Of a stretch of 64,000 nucleotides of DNA, positions 38,520 to 49,812 are shown one piece after another. Every line of letters begins with the position of its first letter. Position 1 is the first letter of the stretch. The translations under genes and the position numbers were made by a program. Under the pieces are notes generated by a model that was given only the letters and a program-made list of their open reading frames with translations, had not been told where the DNA came from and ran no database searches. Origin of the DNA: an uncultured delta proteobacterium (GTDB lineage: Bacteria; Myxococcota; Kuafuiibacteriia; Kuafuiibacteriales; Kuafuiibacteriaceae); the NCBI GenBank assembly GCA_963803435.1, contig CAWDML010000001.1:1184001-1248000 (forward strand). Direction: 5' to 3'.

Positions 38520-41056
38520 TGCGCACCCTTTCGGTACCCCTCCTCCTGCTCCTCGGCTGCACCGATCTTCCCCCGGTCGCGCGCGGCGTGTGCGGCAACG
38601 CGGTCCTCGAGACCGGAGAGCTGTGCGACACCTTCACGGATCACGCCGGCGAGAGCGGGTGCGGCGCGCCCGACAGCGCGCACGCGTGTGCATTCGTCTG
38701 CGACGCCGCCGAGTGCCCGCCCGGCTGGTCGTGCGGGAGCGACGACCTCTGCCGGCTTCCGGACGCCCGCTTCGATCCGGTCCCCGGCCTGTGGTCGTTC
38801 CGCTCGATCGACGCGACGATCGCGGACGCTGACGGAGATGGTCTGCCCGATCTGATCGGCAACGACCGTTCGAGGTTCTCGGTCCTCTTCCAGACGGCGC
38901 CGCGGCGCTTCGATCAGGACTTTCTGCTCGAGACCCGCATCCCCATCGGTGCCCCGTATTTCGGCGATCTCGACGGCGACGCGCGCGCCGACGTGGTGGT
39001 CCCCACGATCCTCGGCCTCCTAGTGCTGCTGGAACAGGACGACCGCACGCTGCTCTCGCGCGTGTACGACACCACCATCGGGATCGCGGGCGGGCCCGCG
39101 CTCCGCTTCATCGTCACCGGCGAGCGCGACAGCCCGCTCACCGAGAACGACGTTGCGATCGCCGTCGGAAACGCGCTGACGTCGATCGACGCCGACGCCG
39201 GCGTCCTCACCGTGATGCCGCCCTGGCTCGACGGACGGGACCTGCCCGCCCGGATCCCGTTCGGCCGCATCCCCGCGACCGATACTCGCAGCACCTTCGC
39301 GCTGTGGAACGAGGGCGGCCGCCAGATCGCGCTCTACCGCATCGAGGGGAGCACGCGTCGAGATCGGCGGCCCGCGCTCCGTCTCACCGTCTCCGTGCCC
39401 GACCCGCTGGGATCGACGATCGCGCTCACCGACGCCGACGGCGACGGCGTCCTCGATCTGTTGGCCGCCGTCGGCCATCCCGAGAGCCCGGTCGCGGTCG
39501 CGCTCGGTACCACCAGCTCGGTCACCGGCGACCTCGGCTTCGCGCCCTTCTGCGACCTTCGCTTCGAGCTCCTGGACGTCCCCACAAACCGATGGCTGCC
39601 GGTCGATGCTCCGCTCCTCGGCGCCGGCGACTTCGACGGCGACGGGCTGGCGGACTACGTGTTCGACGTCGGCGTGCTCACCAGCAACGGCGTCGCGCCC
39701 ACGTGCGGGACGCCGATCCGTACCGCGCGCCTCTCCGCGGTGACGCTCTTTCAGCGGTGGAAGGAGGTGGAGACCGGCGACTTCAACGGCGACGGCCGCC
39801 TCGACTTCGCCGCCGCCTCCGACGAGCGGCAGCTCGACGTGTACTTCGGGTCGGGCACGGGAGGGTTCGCGCGCCGCACGGTGCTCCTCGATCGCGCCCC
39901 CACACTCCTGCGCGCCGGGGACTTCGACGGCGACTTCGTCGACGACATCGCGTTCGTCGGCGACGAACCCTCCGGCGCGCTGCTCTCCGTGATCTTCGGA
40001 GACGCCGGCAGCGAGCTCTCCGAGCCCAGAGCGATCGGTCGCTTCCCCGCGATCACCGACGTGGTCACGGCGCAGTGGGCGTTCGATCTGGAGGCGCTCG
40101 ACGTCGTCTCCGACCTGCTGATCACCTCGCACGGTGTCGACTCGCCGGACACCTCGGTCGCGATCGCCTTCGGATCGACGTCCCGTCAGATGTTCGCCCC
40201 CTACGTGTTCCCCGGCTCGGACACCGGCGTTCCGGTCGCGGCGATCGTGGGCGACTTCTGCAACTGCGAGGTGCCCGGCTGCGTGGAACAGAAGGACCTG
40301 GCGGCCATCAGCCGCACCACGATTCCTCCCAAGACCGAGCTCTGGATCGCGCGCGGCGTCGCCGGCGATCCTCCCGGACGCCTCGATCCGCTCGAGGCGG
40401 CGATCGACATCCCCCTCGGCACCGCCTCCCGCTTCGACCTCACCTGCTCGATCTGGGCGGTCGCGGATGTCGACGGCGACGGTCGGGACGAGATCTTCGG
40501 CCTCGACAACATCGGCGCGCGCTGCGCCGACGCCTCGCAGGGACCATCCCGCATGCTCGTGATCGATCCGGACGCGACGGCCTGTGGGGGCGCCTTCTCC
40601 GCGGAGGCTCGAACGATCGAGGAGGACCAGTACACGGGCGCCACCCGGATCCGACCCCGCGATCTCGACGCCGACGGCGACCTGGATCTGCTCCTCACCT
40701 TCGCCGGCCGCGAGCGCGCCGGCGCCGGCGTGGTCATCCTCTGGAACGACGGCGGTCGGATTGGGGATCGCGTCACGACCGTCGAGGCGCCGGCCGGCAC
40801 CACCCCGGTCGACACCGACGCGCTCCAGCTCGACACCGATCCGGAGCTCGAGCTGGTGCTGCGCACCTCCGACGAGAGCGGACGCAGCTCGGTCTGGTTC
40901 ATCGACGACGGCGAGCCGCAGCTGTTCCAAAAGATCATGGCCGCACCGGGCGCCGTCACCGCCGGCGACCTCGACCTGGATGGTCTCGACGACATCGTCC
41001 TCACCTTCGGCGCGCGCGCCAGCGTCTACTGGGGACAGGACGGGGCCCTGCGATGA
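38516..41056 (+). CDS. FG-GAP/VCBS repeat lipoprotein
   Basis: Lipobox LLGC; CGNAVLETGELCD; many DxDGDG.xD motifs. Confidence 0.85.
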   Translation: MMRTLSVPLLLLLGCTDLPPVARGVCGNAVLETGELCDTFTDHAGESGCGAPDSAHACAFVCDAAECPPGWSCGSDDLCRLPDARFDPVPGLWSFRSIDATIADADGDGLPDLIGNDRSRFSVLFQTAPRRFDQDFLLETRIPIGAPYFGDLDGDARADVVVPTILGLLVLLEQDDRTLLSRVYDTTIGIAGGPALRFIVTGERDSPLTENDVAIAVGNALTSIDADAGVLTVMPPWLDGRDLPARIPFGRIPATDTRSTFALWNEGGRQIALYRIEGSTRRDRRPALRLTVSVPDPLGSTIALTDADGDGVLDLLAAVGHPESPVAVALGTTSSVTGDLGFAPFCDLRFELLDVPTNRWLPVDAPLLGAGDFDGDGLADYVFDVGVLTSNGVAPTCGTPIRTARLSAVTLFQRWKEVETGDFNGDGRLDFAAASDERQLDVYFGSGTGGFARRTVLLDRAPTLLRAGDFDGDFVDDIAFVGDEPSGALLSVIFGDAGSELSEPRAIGRFPAITDVVTAQWAFDLEALDVVSDLLITSHGVDSPDTSVAIAFGSTSRQMFAPYVFPGSDTGVPVAAIVGDFCNCEVPGCVEQKDLAAISRTTIPPKTELWIARGVAGDPPGRLDPLEAAIDIPLGTASRFDLTCSIWAVADVDGDGRDEIFGLDNIGARCADASQGPSRMLVIDPDATACGGAFSAEARTIEEDQYTGATRIRPRDLDADGDLDLLLTFAGRERAGAGVVILWNDGGRIGDRVTTVEAPAGTTPVDTDALQLDTDPELELVLRTSDESGRSSVWFIDDGEPQLFQKIMAAPGAVTAGDLDLDGLDDIVLTFGARASVYWGQDGALR

Positions 41057-42126
41057 TGAGGGTCGTCGCAGCCCTCCTCCTCTCGCTGGCCGTCGCCGCA
41101 CCGGCGCGGGGCGAGAAGTCGGAGGCCGAGCGCTTCTTCCGCGCCGGCGCCCGCGCCTACGAGAGCGGCCAGTACGAGGTGGCGTGCCGCGCGCTCGAGC
41201 AGGCGTACGAGCTCGACCCGCTGCCCGCCATCGCGTTCTCGCTGGCGCAGGCGTACTGGCTCCGCTACTTCGCCGACGCGAAGCCGGAGTTCCTCGAGCG
41301 AGCGAAGGTGCTCTACCAGCGGTACGTGGAAGAGACGCCGAAGGGCGGCCGGCGCCACGACGCCGTCACCGCGCTGGCGGAGATCGAACCGCTCCTCGCG
41401 CGGATCGATCCGTCGCACGCCACCGTCGAGATCCTCAAACAACCCACGCAGCTGCTGGTCACGTGCGAGATCGAGTCGGCGCACGTCTCGATCGACGGCG
41501 GCGACCCGGTCCCGCTCCCCGCCACCGTGGAGGTGGCGGCCGGACCGCACCGCCTGCTCACCTCCGCCGACGGTTACTTCGATCAGTCGAAGAACGCGAT
41601 CGCGGTCGACGGCCGTTTGATCGTCGAGGAGATCGCCCTCGTCCCCCGCCCGGCCACCATCGCGCTCTCGGGCGATCCTGGCCGTATCCTCGTCGACGGC
41701 CGGCCGGCCGGTGACCTCCCGACACCGATCGAGGTCGCGGCCGGGCCACACACGCTGACCGTGCTCGCGAACGGACGCCGGCGGTGGGATCGGTCCATCG
41801 AGGTGACCCGGGGCCAAGCGCTCGACCTCGGCGTCGAGCTCCGCGCCACGCCGCAGCGCTATCTCGCCTGGACCGCCCTCGGTGGCGCGGCGCTCGCTGC
41901 CGCCGGTGGCGCGCTCGCCACCTTCGGCGCGGCCCGCGCGAACCACCTCGCTCGTGGGATCGAGGACCGCCGCCTCTCGGCCGGCATCACGCCGCACGAC
42001 CTCGACGCCTACCACGGGCACCTCGAAGACCGCAGCGCGTTTCGAGGCGCCGCGATCGGGCTCTACACCACGGCCGCGGCGCTGGCCCTCACCGGCACCC
42101 TGCTCTACCTGTTCGACGAGCCGTGA
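41053..42126 (+). CDS. TPR + PEGA domain protein
   Basis: AERFFRAGARAYESGQY TPR-like helices, two PEGA-like repeats, C-terminal TM hairpin. Confidence 0.85.
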   Translation: MMRVVAALLLSLAVAAPARGEKSEAERFFRAGARAYESGQYEVACRALEQAYELDPLPAIAFSLAQAYWLRYFADAKPEFLERAKVLYQRYVEETPKGGRRHDAVTALAEIEPLLARIDPSHATVEILKQPTQLLVTCEIESAHVSIDGGDPVPLPATVEVAAGPHRLLTSADGYFDQSKNAIAVDGRLIVEEIALVPRPATIALSGDPGRILVDGRPAGDLPTPIEVAAGPHTLTVLANGRRRWDRSIEVTRGQALDLGVELRATPQRYLAWTALGGAALAAAGGALATFGAARANHLARGIEDRRLSAGITPHDLDAYHGHLEDRSAFRGAAIGLYTTAAALALTGTLLYLFDEP

Positions 42127-42146
42127 GAGACGTGGGCGCCGGGTGA

Positions 42147-43745
42147 TCAACCGGGGCCGTTGCCCTCGATGGTGATGTCGTCGCCGATCTCGACACGACG
42201 GCTCAAAGCCTCGGCGGTGCTGGTCGGGAGCACCGGATTGTCCTCGATCCCGAACGAGCCGGAGACCAGCGTGAGGGCGGTGAGCTCGAGGACGGACGCG
42301 AGGGCGGTGTTCTCCCAGATCCGGAGGTTGCCGCTGATGCTGGCGAGGGCGGAGAGACCGCTGAAGTCGATCAGGCGATTGTTGCCACGTACGGTCAGGT
42401 AGCTGCCGATGGTCTGGAGCGCGTCGAGACCAACGAAGCCCGTGAGCGCACCGTCGTACGCGACGCTGACGTATCCGCCGACGGTGGTGAGCGCGGGAAA
42501 GTCGAGCGCGGTGAGCGCATCGTCGTGGACCACCTCGAGGGCGCCGGACAGATAGACCAGCGAGGGGAACGACACCCGCTCGAGGCTCGGATTGCGGAGA
42601 TACTCGAGACCTCCGGCGGTCGCCATCGAAGTGAACGACGTCCGCCGCAAGGCGGGGTTGTCGTGGATGCGGACCGCCGGGCCCGCGAGCAGCAGCTTCG
42701 GGACCTCGACCGTGAGCAGCTGATCGTTCTCGAAGAAGTCGAAGACGCCGTCGACTCGGGTCAGGTTCGGGATCGTGACGTCGACGAGCGCGTCGTCGCT
42801 GACGAAGGCGATGTTGCCGGTGGCGCGCTCGAGACCGCCGAGCGCGCTGAGATCGGTGAGTGCATCGTCGTTCTGGATCCGGAGCTCGCGGACCTTGCGG
42901 AGGTTCTGGAGCCCGCCCAGGTGGACGAGGTTGGGCACGGCGTTGATCTCGAGCAGACCGCCGATCTGCTCCAGGCCTTCGAGGCCGTGGAGCGACGTCA
43001 ACCCGGCGTTGCCGACGATCCGGAAGCTGGCGAAGCGGCGCAGCGACTCGAGCCCGGTCAGATCGAAGAGGAGGTTGTCGTTCTGCACCATGAGCGCGCC
43101 GCCGACCGACGCGAGCGCGTGCAACCCGCCGAGCGAGGTGAGCGCGATGTTCCCGACCACGAGCAGGTCGCCCGTGACCTTCTCGAGCGCGCCCAGCTGC
43201 TCCAGGTCGGTCAGCGTCGCCGAGTTGATGATGATGTTCCCGTCGACGCAGGTGACGCCCTCGAGCGGGAGGAGGCTGCGCGCGTCCAGCGCGACCAGCG
43301 TGCCCTGGAAGACCATCGGTGAGCCGTCGCAGGTGGTGGTGTCGTCCGCGGGGCCGCCGTCGCAGACGTAGGACTCGCTGTCGACCTCATCGGGGTCGAG
43401 CTGGCCGTTCCGATCGTCGTCGACGCCCGCCCGGACCACGGTCCCGCCCCCGGGACAGGGCGGAACGCCGGGCGGGAGCGGATTGACCCGCACGAGCGCT
43501 CCGCCCGAGGGTGTGCCGGTGCACGCGATGGTGGTCTGGGTGACCTCCAGGTCCTCCAGCGTGCCGTTGCAGTTGTCGTCGCCGCCGACGTGCACCACGG
43601 TGCCCCCGAGCTCGCAGGCGGTACCGGGTCCGAGCGTCTCGATGCGCGTGAGGGGCTCGCGAAGGCAGGTCCCGCCCTCGCTGCCGCAGCCCGTCGCCAG
43701 CACGGCGATCGAGAGAATGCACGAGACAGTGCCAACCCGGGGCAT
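42147..43745 (-). CDS. Lipoprotein with Cys-bracketed repeats and receptor L-domain (leucine-rich) repeats
   Basis: Lipobox ATGC; C..GGTVV..G.DD..NG.L repeats; LxxLxxLxxVGGxLxIxxNxxL repeats. Confidence 0.8.
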   Translation of the reverse strand: MPRVGTVSCILSIAVLATGCGSEGGTCLREPLTRIETLGPGTACELGGTVVHVGGDDNCNGTLEDLEVTQTTIACTGTPSGGALVRVNPLPPGVPPCPGGGTVVRAGVDDDRNGQLDPDEVDSESYVCDGGPADDTTTCDGSPMVFQGTLVALDARSLLPLEGVTCVDGNIIINSATLTDLEQLGALEKVTGDLLVVGNIALTSLGGLHALASVGGALMVQNDNLLFDLTGLESLRRFASFRIVGNAGLTSLHGLEGLEQIGGLLEINAVPNLVHLGGLQNLRKVRELRIQNDDALTDLSALGGLERATGNIAFVSDDALVDVTIPNLTRVDGVFDFFENDQLLTVEVPKLLLAGPAVRIHDNPALRRTSFTSMATAGGLEYLRNPSLERVSFPSLVYLSGALEVVHDDALTALDFPALTTVGGYVSVAYDGALTGFVGLDALQTIGSYLTVRGNNRLIDFSGLSALASISGNLRIWENTALASVLELTALTLVSGSFGIEDNPVLPTSTAEALSRRVEIGDDITIEGNGPG

Positions 43746-43754
43746 GGCGATATA

Positions 43755-45041
43755 ATGCCCCGCGTGGTGTCGGCGAGGCGAGGCTCCGGGGCTCCCGAGC
43801 GGATCGGAAGTTACGCCGTCATCACCGAGCTCGCCACCGGCGCAACCTCCCGGGTCCTGCTGGGCCAGCGGGACGACGAGCCGGAGGTCCGCGTCCTCAA
43901 GCAGCTCCGCCTCGAGCTCGCGGGTGACTCGGTGGCGCGGCGTCGGTTTCAGCGCGAGGCGGTGCTGGCGGCGCGGCTCGATCACCCGAACATCGCGAAG
44001 ATCTGCTGGAGCGGGATCGAGGACGGTCAGCTCTGCATCGCGATGGAGTTCGTGCCGGGCCAGACGCTGGCCGCCGTGTCGTCCGTCCTCGAGGAGCGCA
44101 GGACGCCGATGCCGCGCGTGCTGGCGATCGCGATCGCGCTGGAGATCCTCGAAGGCCTCGCGCACGCGCACGAGCTCGCGGACGACGCAGGACAGCCGCT
44201 CCTGATCGTCCACCGCGATCTTTCGCCGGACAACGTGATGGTCAGCTACGCGGGTCGCGTGAAGATCATCGACTTCGGGACGGCGCGTGCGCGCTTCGAC
44301 GACTTCCGCACCTCACCGGGGGTTCGGATCGGGACGCTCGTCTACATGTCGCCCGAGCAGTCGATGTCCAAGCCGGTGGACCAGCGGAGCGATCTCTACA
44401 CGGTGTCGGTGGTGCTCTGGGAGCTGCTGGCAGGACACCGAATGCTGAAGGCGACCAGCTCGATCGACGTGCTGGAGGAGATCGCGTACCAGACACCGGC
44501 GCGCTTGAACGAGCTCGACCCCTCGATCTCCGACGACCTCGCGGAGGTGGTGGCGCGCGGGCTGGCCAAGGATCCGGAGCATCGCTGGCAATCGGCCCGA
44601 GAGCTCGGCGAGGCTCTGAGGTCGGCACGCCCCCGCGGTGTGGTCGCCGCCGAGCAGCTCGGCAGCTTCATGCGGGACCTCTTCCCGGTGGCGGAGGCCG
44701 ACGCCGCGCAGGCGATCGTCCTCGGGCGTGAGCGCCACCTCCAGGATCAAGAGGAGACGATCCCGGACGAGGGCTCCACGCTCGGCGAGCGCACGCTCTA
44801 CCTCGACACGATGTCCTCCGACGTGGGCCCCACGCTCGCCGCCGACGCCACCCGGCTGTCGTCGCGCCGCCTCCCGCCTGAGCCGGCCGCGAGCCCGCGC
44901 CGCGCGCCGCTCCTCGTCGTGCTCCTCGTCGTGGCCGCGCTGATGGTCGGCTTCACGCTCGGCCTCCTCACGGAGCGGTCGGGGTGGTGGCGGCCGCCGC
45001 CGCCTGGAGGTCCCGGCCTCCACCGGGCGAACCCGCCGTAG
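43755..45041 (+). CDS. Ser/Thr protein kinase with C-terminal TM helix
   Basis: VLKQL, HRDLSPDN, DFG, YMSPEQ; degenerate Gly-loop ATGATS. Confidence 0.9.
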   Translation: MPRVVSARRGSGAPERIGSYAVITELATGATSRVLLGQRDDEPEVRVLKQLRLELAGDSVARRRFQREAVLAARLDHPNIAKICWSGIEDGQLCIAMEFVPGQTLAAVSSVLEERRTPMPRVLAIAIALEILEGLAHAHELADDAGQPLLIVHRDLSPDNVMVSYAGRVKIIDFGTARARFDDFRTSPGVRIGTLVYMSPEQSMSKPVDQRSDLYTVSVVLWELLAGHRMLKATSSIDVLEEIAYQTPARLNELDPSISDDLAEVVARGLAKDPEHRWQSARELGEALRSARPRGVVAAEQLGSFMRDLFPVAEADAAQAIVLGRERHLQDQEETIPDEGSTLGERTLYLDTMSSDVGPTLAADATRLSSRRLPPEPAASPRRAPLLVVLLVVAALMVGFTLGLLTERSGWWRPPPPGGPGLHRANPP

Positions 45042-45126
45042 GCTCAGTCATCCCCATCAGTTACGCGACGCCGCCATCGGTACGGCGTCTGCATTTCACC
45101 ACGGCGTGCTCACGTTCACGCCTGCC

Positions 45127-45660
45127 ATGCCATCCCCCCACTCCGACGCCGCGCTCATGGGCCACATCGACCGGGGCGACCGCTCTGCGCTGGCAGAGCT
45201 CTACGATCGGTACGCCCCCACGATGCTGGCGCTGGCCCGGAGGATCCTGGGCGATGCGGACGAGGCCGAGGATCTGCTCCACCACGTGTTCGTCGAGGTC
45301 ATGCACCAGGCTCAGAGCTACGACGCCAATCGGGGCTCGGTCCGTGCCTGGTTGATCACGAAGACCCGCTCGCGTGCCATCGATCGGCTGCGCGCCCGCC
45401 AGCGAAGCCGCGTCCTCAACGCCGTCGCGCTGCCGAACCACGCCGCGGCCGAGCACCAGCTCGAGCTGTCGGATCGCCTCGGCGTCCGCATGGGTCTCGG
45501 CCACCTGCCCGAGCACATGCGCACCGTCCTCGCCCTGATGTACTACGAGGGGCGCACCGCCAGCGAGATCGCGACGCGCCTCGACGTCCCGGTCGGCACG
45601 GTGAAGTCGCGCCTCTCCCGCGCCACGGCGCGGCTCCGGGGCATCCTGGCGGAAAACTGA
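45127..45660 (+). CDS. ECF RNA polymerase sigma factor
   Basis: ALAELYDRY, EAEDLL, WLITKTRSRAIDRLR, EIA..LDVPVGTVKSRL. Confidence 0.92.
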   Translation: MPSPHSDAALMGHIDRGDRSALAELYDRYAPTMLALARRILGDADEAEDLLHHVFVEVMHQAQSYDANRGSVRAWLITKTRSRAIDRLRARQRSRVLNAVALPNHAAAEHQLELSDRLGVRMGLGHLPEHMRTVLALMYYEGRTASEIATRLDVPVGTVKSRLSRATARLRGILAEN

Positions 45661-45665
45661 GCCAG

Positions 45666-47006
<1,341 letters not shown>

Positions 47007-47019
47007 GCCGCCGGCGAAG

Positions 47020-47196
47020 TTAGCACGTCGCGATCGGCTGAAGCTCCCGGGAGAGTCGCTCGGCTACCGCCGCGAGATCAGGGCGATACGTCCCGTTCGC
47101 CAGCTGGCGACGGAGGTTTTCCACCCGAAGGCGTCGTCTCGAAGGGGTCTCGGCCGGGCACGGCGGGCGGGCGAGAGAGAGGCCGCTCTTCTTCAT
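47020..47196 (-). CDS. FlgM-like anti-sigma28 mini-protein (58 aa)
   Basis: RVENLRRQLANGTYRPDLAAVAERL matches the FlgM C-terminal pattern; GAGGGGG RBS; sigma28-like promoter upstream. Confidence 0.65.
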   Translation of the reverse strand: MKKSGLSLARPPCPAETPSRRRLRVENLRRQLANGTYRPDLAAVAERLSRELQPIATC

Positions 47197-47206
47197 CACA
47201 CCCCCT

Positions 47207-47233
47207 CTATCGGACGCTCCGTCAAAAGCTTGA
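47207..47233 (-). promoter_or_regulatory. putative sigma28 (FliA/WhiG-type) promoter
   Basis: Minus-strand TCAA-N15-TCCGATAG versus consensus TAAA-N15-GCCGATAA. Confidence 0.6.
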
Positions 47234-47334
47234 CGAGCCTCCGCCATTTTTTCGGCAGGGTACCCCTTCCCACACGCGGCGACACTCAGGATCACGTTGA
47301 TCGGTTCCCCGCCAAGTCGGATAGTCCCTCGGGC

Positions 47335-48729
47335 GTGGACGCCAGCGTCCTGGTCATCGACGACGACGGCAAGCTCGGGCGTTTCATCGCGCGCGACTTG
47401 GCCCGGCTGGGATTCGACACGGTCGCCACGGACAGCGGCCAGGCCGGCATCGATCTCCTCCGCGAGCGCCGCTTCGACGTCGTGGTCTGCGACCTCAACA
47501 TGCCCGAGCGCGACGGGTTCGATGTCCTCCGGTTCTCGACCACCCTCGATCCTCCTCCGCCGTTCCTCATGCTGACCGCGTATGGCTCCGTCTCCGCGGC
47601 GGTCGAGGCGATGCGCCACGGCGCCGCCGACTTCCTCGAGAAGCCGGTGAAGACCGAGGAGCTGAGCGCGACGATCCAGGCGATCCTGAGTCGCGCGCCG
47701 AGCCAGGTCCCCAGCGCACAGATCGGCTCCGCGCCCGCACAAGACCTGGTCGGATCACCCCTCTGGTTGGGGCCGTTCCTGGAGACGCTCGAGCGGATCG
47801 CACAGTCCGACGCCACCGTCCTGATCGACGGGGAGACCGGCACCGGAAAGACGGCGGTGGCCCGCGCAATCTGGAAGGGATCGCGACGGAGCAGGCGGCC
47901 GTTCGTCGAGATCAACTGCGCCGCCCTCCCCGACCACCTCATGGAGACGGAGCTCTTCGGCCACGTCAAGGGCGCCTTCACCGGAGCCACCGAGGATCAT
48001 CCGGGCAAGGTGGCGCGCGCAGAGGGCGGGACGCTGTTCCTCGACGAGATCGGCGAGCTCAAGCATGAATTGCAAGCCAAGTTGCTCCACCTGCTCCAGG
48101 AGCGAACCTACACCCCGATCGGCTCCACCGAGACCCGGCGCGCCAACGTCCGCTTCATCGCCGCCACCAACCGCGATCTGCGCAAGGAGGTCGCGTCGGG
48201 GAGCTTCCGCCAGGATCTCTTCTTCCGTCTGGAGGTGGTGAGCCTGACGATCCCGCCGCTCCGCGAGCGCACCACCGACATCCCGATCCTGGTGGAGCAC
48301 TTCGCCCAGCAGGTGGCGGAGCGAATGGACTGCCGCGTCTGCTTCTCCGACGAGACGCTCGCGCAGCTGCGGCGCTACGACTGGCCGGGCAACGTGCGCG
48401 AGCTCGAGAACCTGATCGAGCGCTTCGCGGTGATGCATCCGTCGGACACCGTCATCCAGCCGAGCCATCTCACCGAGCGGATCCGGGGCAGCACCAAGAT
48501 CGAGACCGAGGGCACCAGCGTTCCCGAGTTCGTGGGCGGCGCCGGCTCGAGCTTGATCGATCTGGAGAGCGAAGGGCTGACGCTCGCCGAGGCCGTCAAG
48601 ACGTACGAGGGCGGTCTGATCAAGGCGGCGCTCGACAAGGCGGGCGGCAACCGGAGCCAGGCGGCCAAGCTCCTCCGCGTGAAGCGGACCACGCTGATCG
48701 AGAAGCTCAAGAAGCTCGAGCGGGAGTAG
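47335..48729 (+). CDS. NtrC-type sigma54-dependent response regulator
   Basis: Receiver (VIDDD, CDLNMP, KP), [32 protein letters not shown]. Confidence 0.95.
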   Translation: MDASVLVIDDDGKLGRFIARDLARLGFDTVATDSGQAGIDLLRERRFDVVVCDLNMPERDGFDVLRFSTTLDPPPPFLMLTAYGSVSAAVEAMRHGAADFLEKPVKTEELSATIQAILSRAPSQVPSAQIGSAPAQDLVGSPLWLGPFLETLERIAQSDATVLIDGETGTGKTAVARAIWKGSRRSRRPFVEINCAALPDHLMETELFGHVKGAFTGATEDHPGKVARAEGGTLFLDEIGELKHELQAKLLHLLQERTYTPIGSTETRRANVRFIAATNRDLRKEVASGSFRQDLFFRLEVVSLTIPPLRERTTDIPILVEHFAQQVAERMDCRVCFSDETLAQLRRYDWPGNVRELENLIERFAVMHPSDTVIQPSHLTERIRGSTKIETEGTSVPEFVGGAGSSLIDLESEGLTLAEAVKTYEGGLIKAALDKAGGNRSQAAKLLRVKRTTLIEKLKKLERE

Positions 48730-48732
48730 CCG

Positions 48733-49812
48733 TCAGTACGCGGGCGCCACCGGCTCACCCGCGTACACCGCCATCTTTCTCGCGGCGATCGCGTCGAAGG
48801 TGAGCGCCTGCTCGAAGCGCACCCGCGCGCGCCGGCCGGACGCCCGATCCGCGGCCAGGGCCAGCGCGGCTCGCGCGAAGGCCTCCGCGTCTCCAAGCGG
48901 GCACAGGCGCGCCGCGCCGCCCCGCGCCAGCGCTCGAAACGGCGGGATGTCCGAGCCGGCGATCGGCAGGCCCGCGCCCATCCCCTCCACGAACGCCGCC
49001 CCGCAGGCCTCGCGACGGCTGGTGTGCAGCATGACGTCGGCGGCCGCATAGAGAGGCGCCATCTCGGCGCGCACCTCCATGATTCCGCCCAGGCGAGCGA
49101 CGCGCAGGCTCACCTCGCGATGGAGCGGTCCTTCCTCCAGCGCCGCCCAGACGAGGCGCGCCTCCGGACGCTCCGCGCGGATCCGCTCGAACGCGGCCAG
49201 CGCGGTGAAGGGATCCTTCACCTCCGCCGCGCGCGCCACCACTAGCACCGCGAGCGAATGCTCGAGCCCGAGCGCCCGGCGCGCGCGCGTGCGATCCGCG
49301 GGCTCCACCAAGGACGAGATCTCCGGCACCGCGACGACCGGCGTCCCGGGCGCGAGCGCACCCGCGTCGACGAACGGCGCGGCCATCTCGGCGGCGGTGA
49401 AGAACACGCCCGCCAGGCGGCGGGTGGCGGCGCGCATGACCGCCCGCCGCACACGCTGATGGGGCACGGGTCCCGTGTTGTACTCCGCGAAGACCCTCGC
49501 CGGGGCTAGCGCGGTGAGGGCCAACGTCCGGACGTCGAGCAGGTGGAACTGATGCACGACGTCCGGGCGGAGCGCGAGCGCCGAGCGCAACAGGTGCGCA
49601 CCGGGAATGCCGGGGAGGGGACGGCGGACGAAGTGCAGACGGACGCCGTCGTGATCCTCGATGCCGGCCGTCCCTCCGTCCACGAGCAGGTGGACCTCGG
49701 CCCCGAGCCGCGCCAGCGCCCGGGCCTGGGCCAGGTTGTGCCGGTGGAGGAGCAGCAGCCGCGCGCGATCGAAGGCGGGGGCCAGGACGGGGACGATCAG
49801 CGCGACCTTCAC
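48733..49812 (-). CDS. Glycosyltransferase family 4
   Basis: VKDP, TSRREACGAAFVEGMGAGLP...SDIP. Confidence 0.85.
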   Translation of the reverse strand: MKVALIVPVLAPAFDRARLLLLHRHNLAQARALARLGAEVHLLVDGGTAGIEDHDGVRLHFVRRPLPGIPGAHLLRSALALRPDVVHQFHLLDVRTLALTALAPARVFAEYNTGPVPHQRVRRAVMRAATRRLAGVFFTAAEMAAPFVDAGALAPGTPVVAVPEISSLVEPADRTRARRALGLEHSLAVLVVARAAEVKDPFTALAAFERIRAERPEARLVWAALEEGPLHREVSLRVARLGGIMEVRAEMAPLYAAADVMLHTSRREACGAAFVEGMGAGLPIAGSDIPPFRALARGGAARLCPLGDAEAFARAALALAADRASGRRARVRFEQALTFDAIAARKMAVYAGEPVAPAY

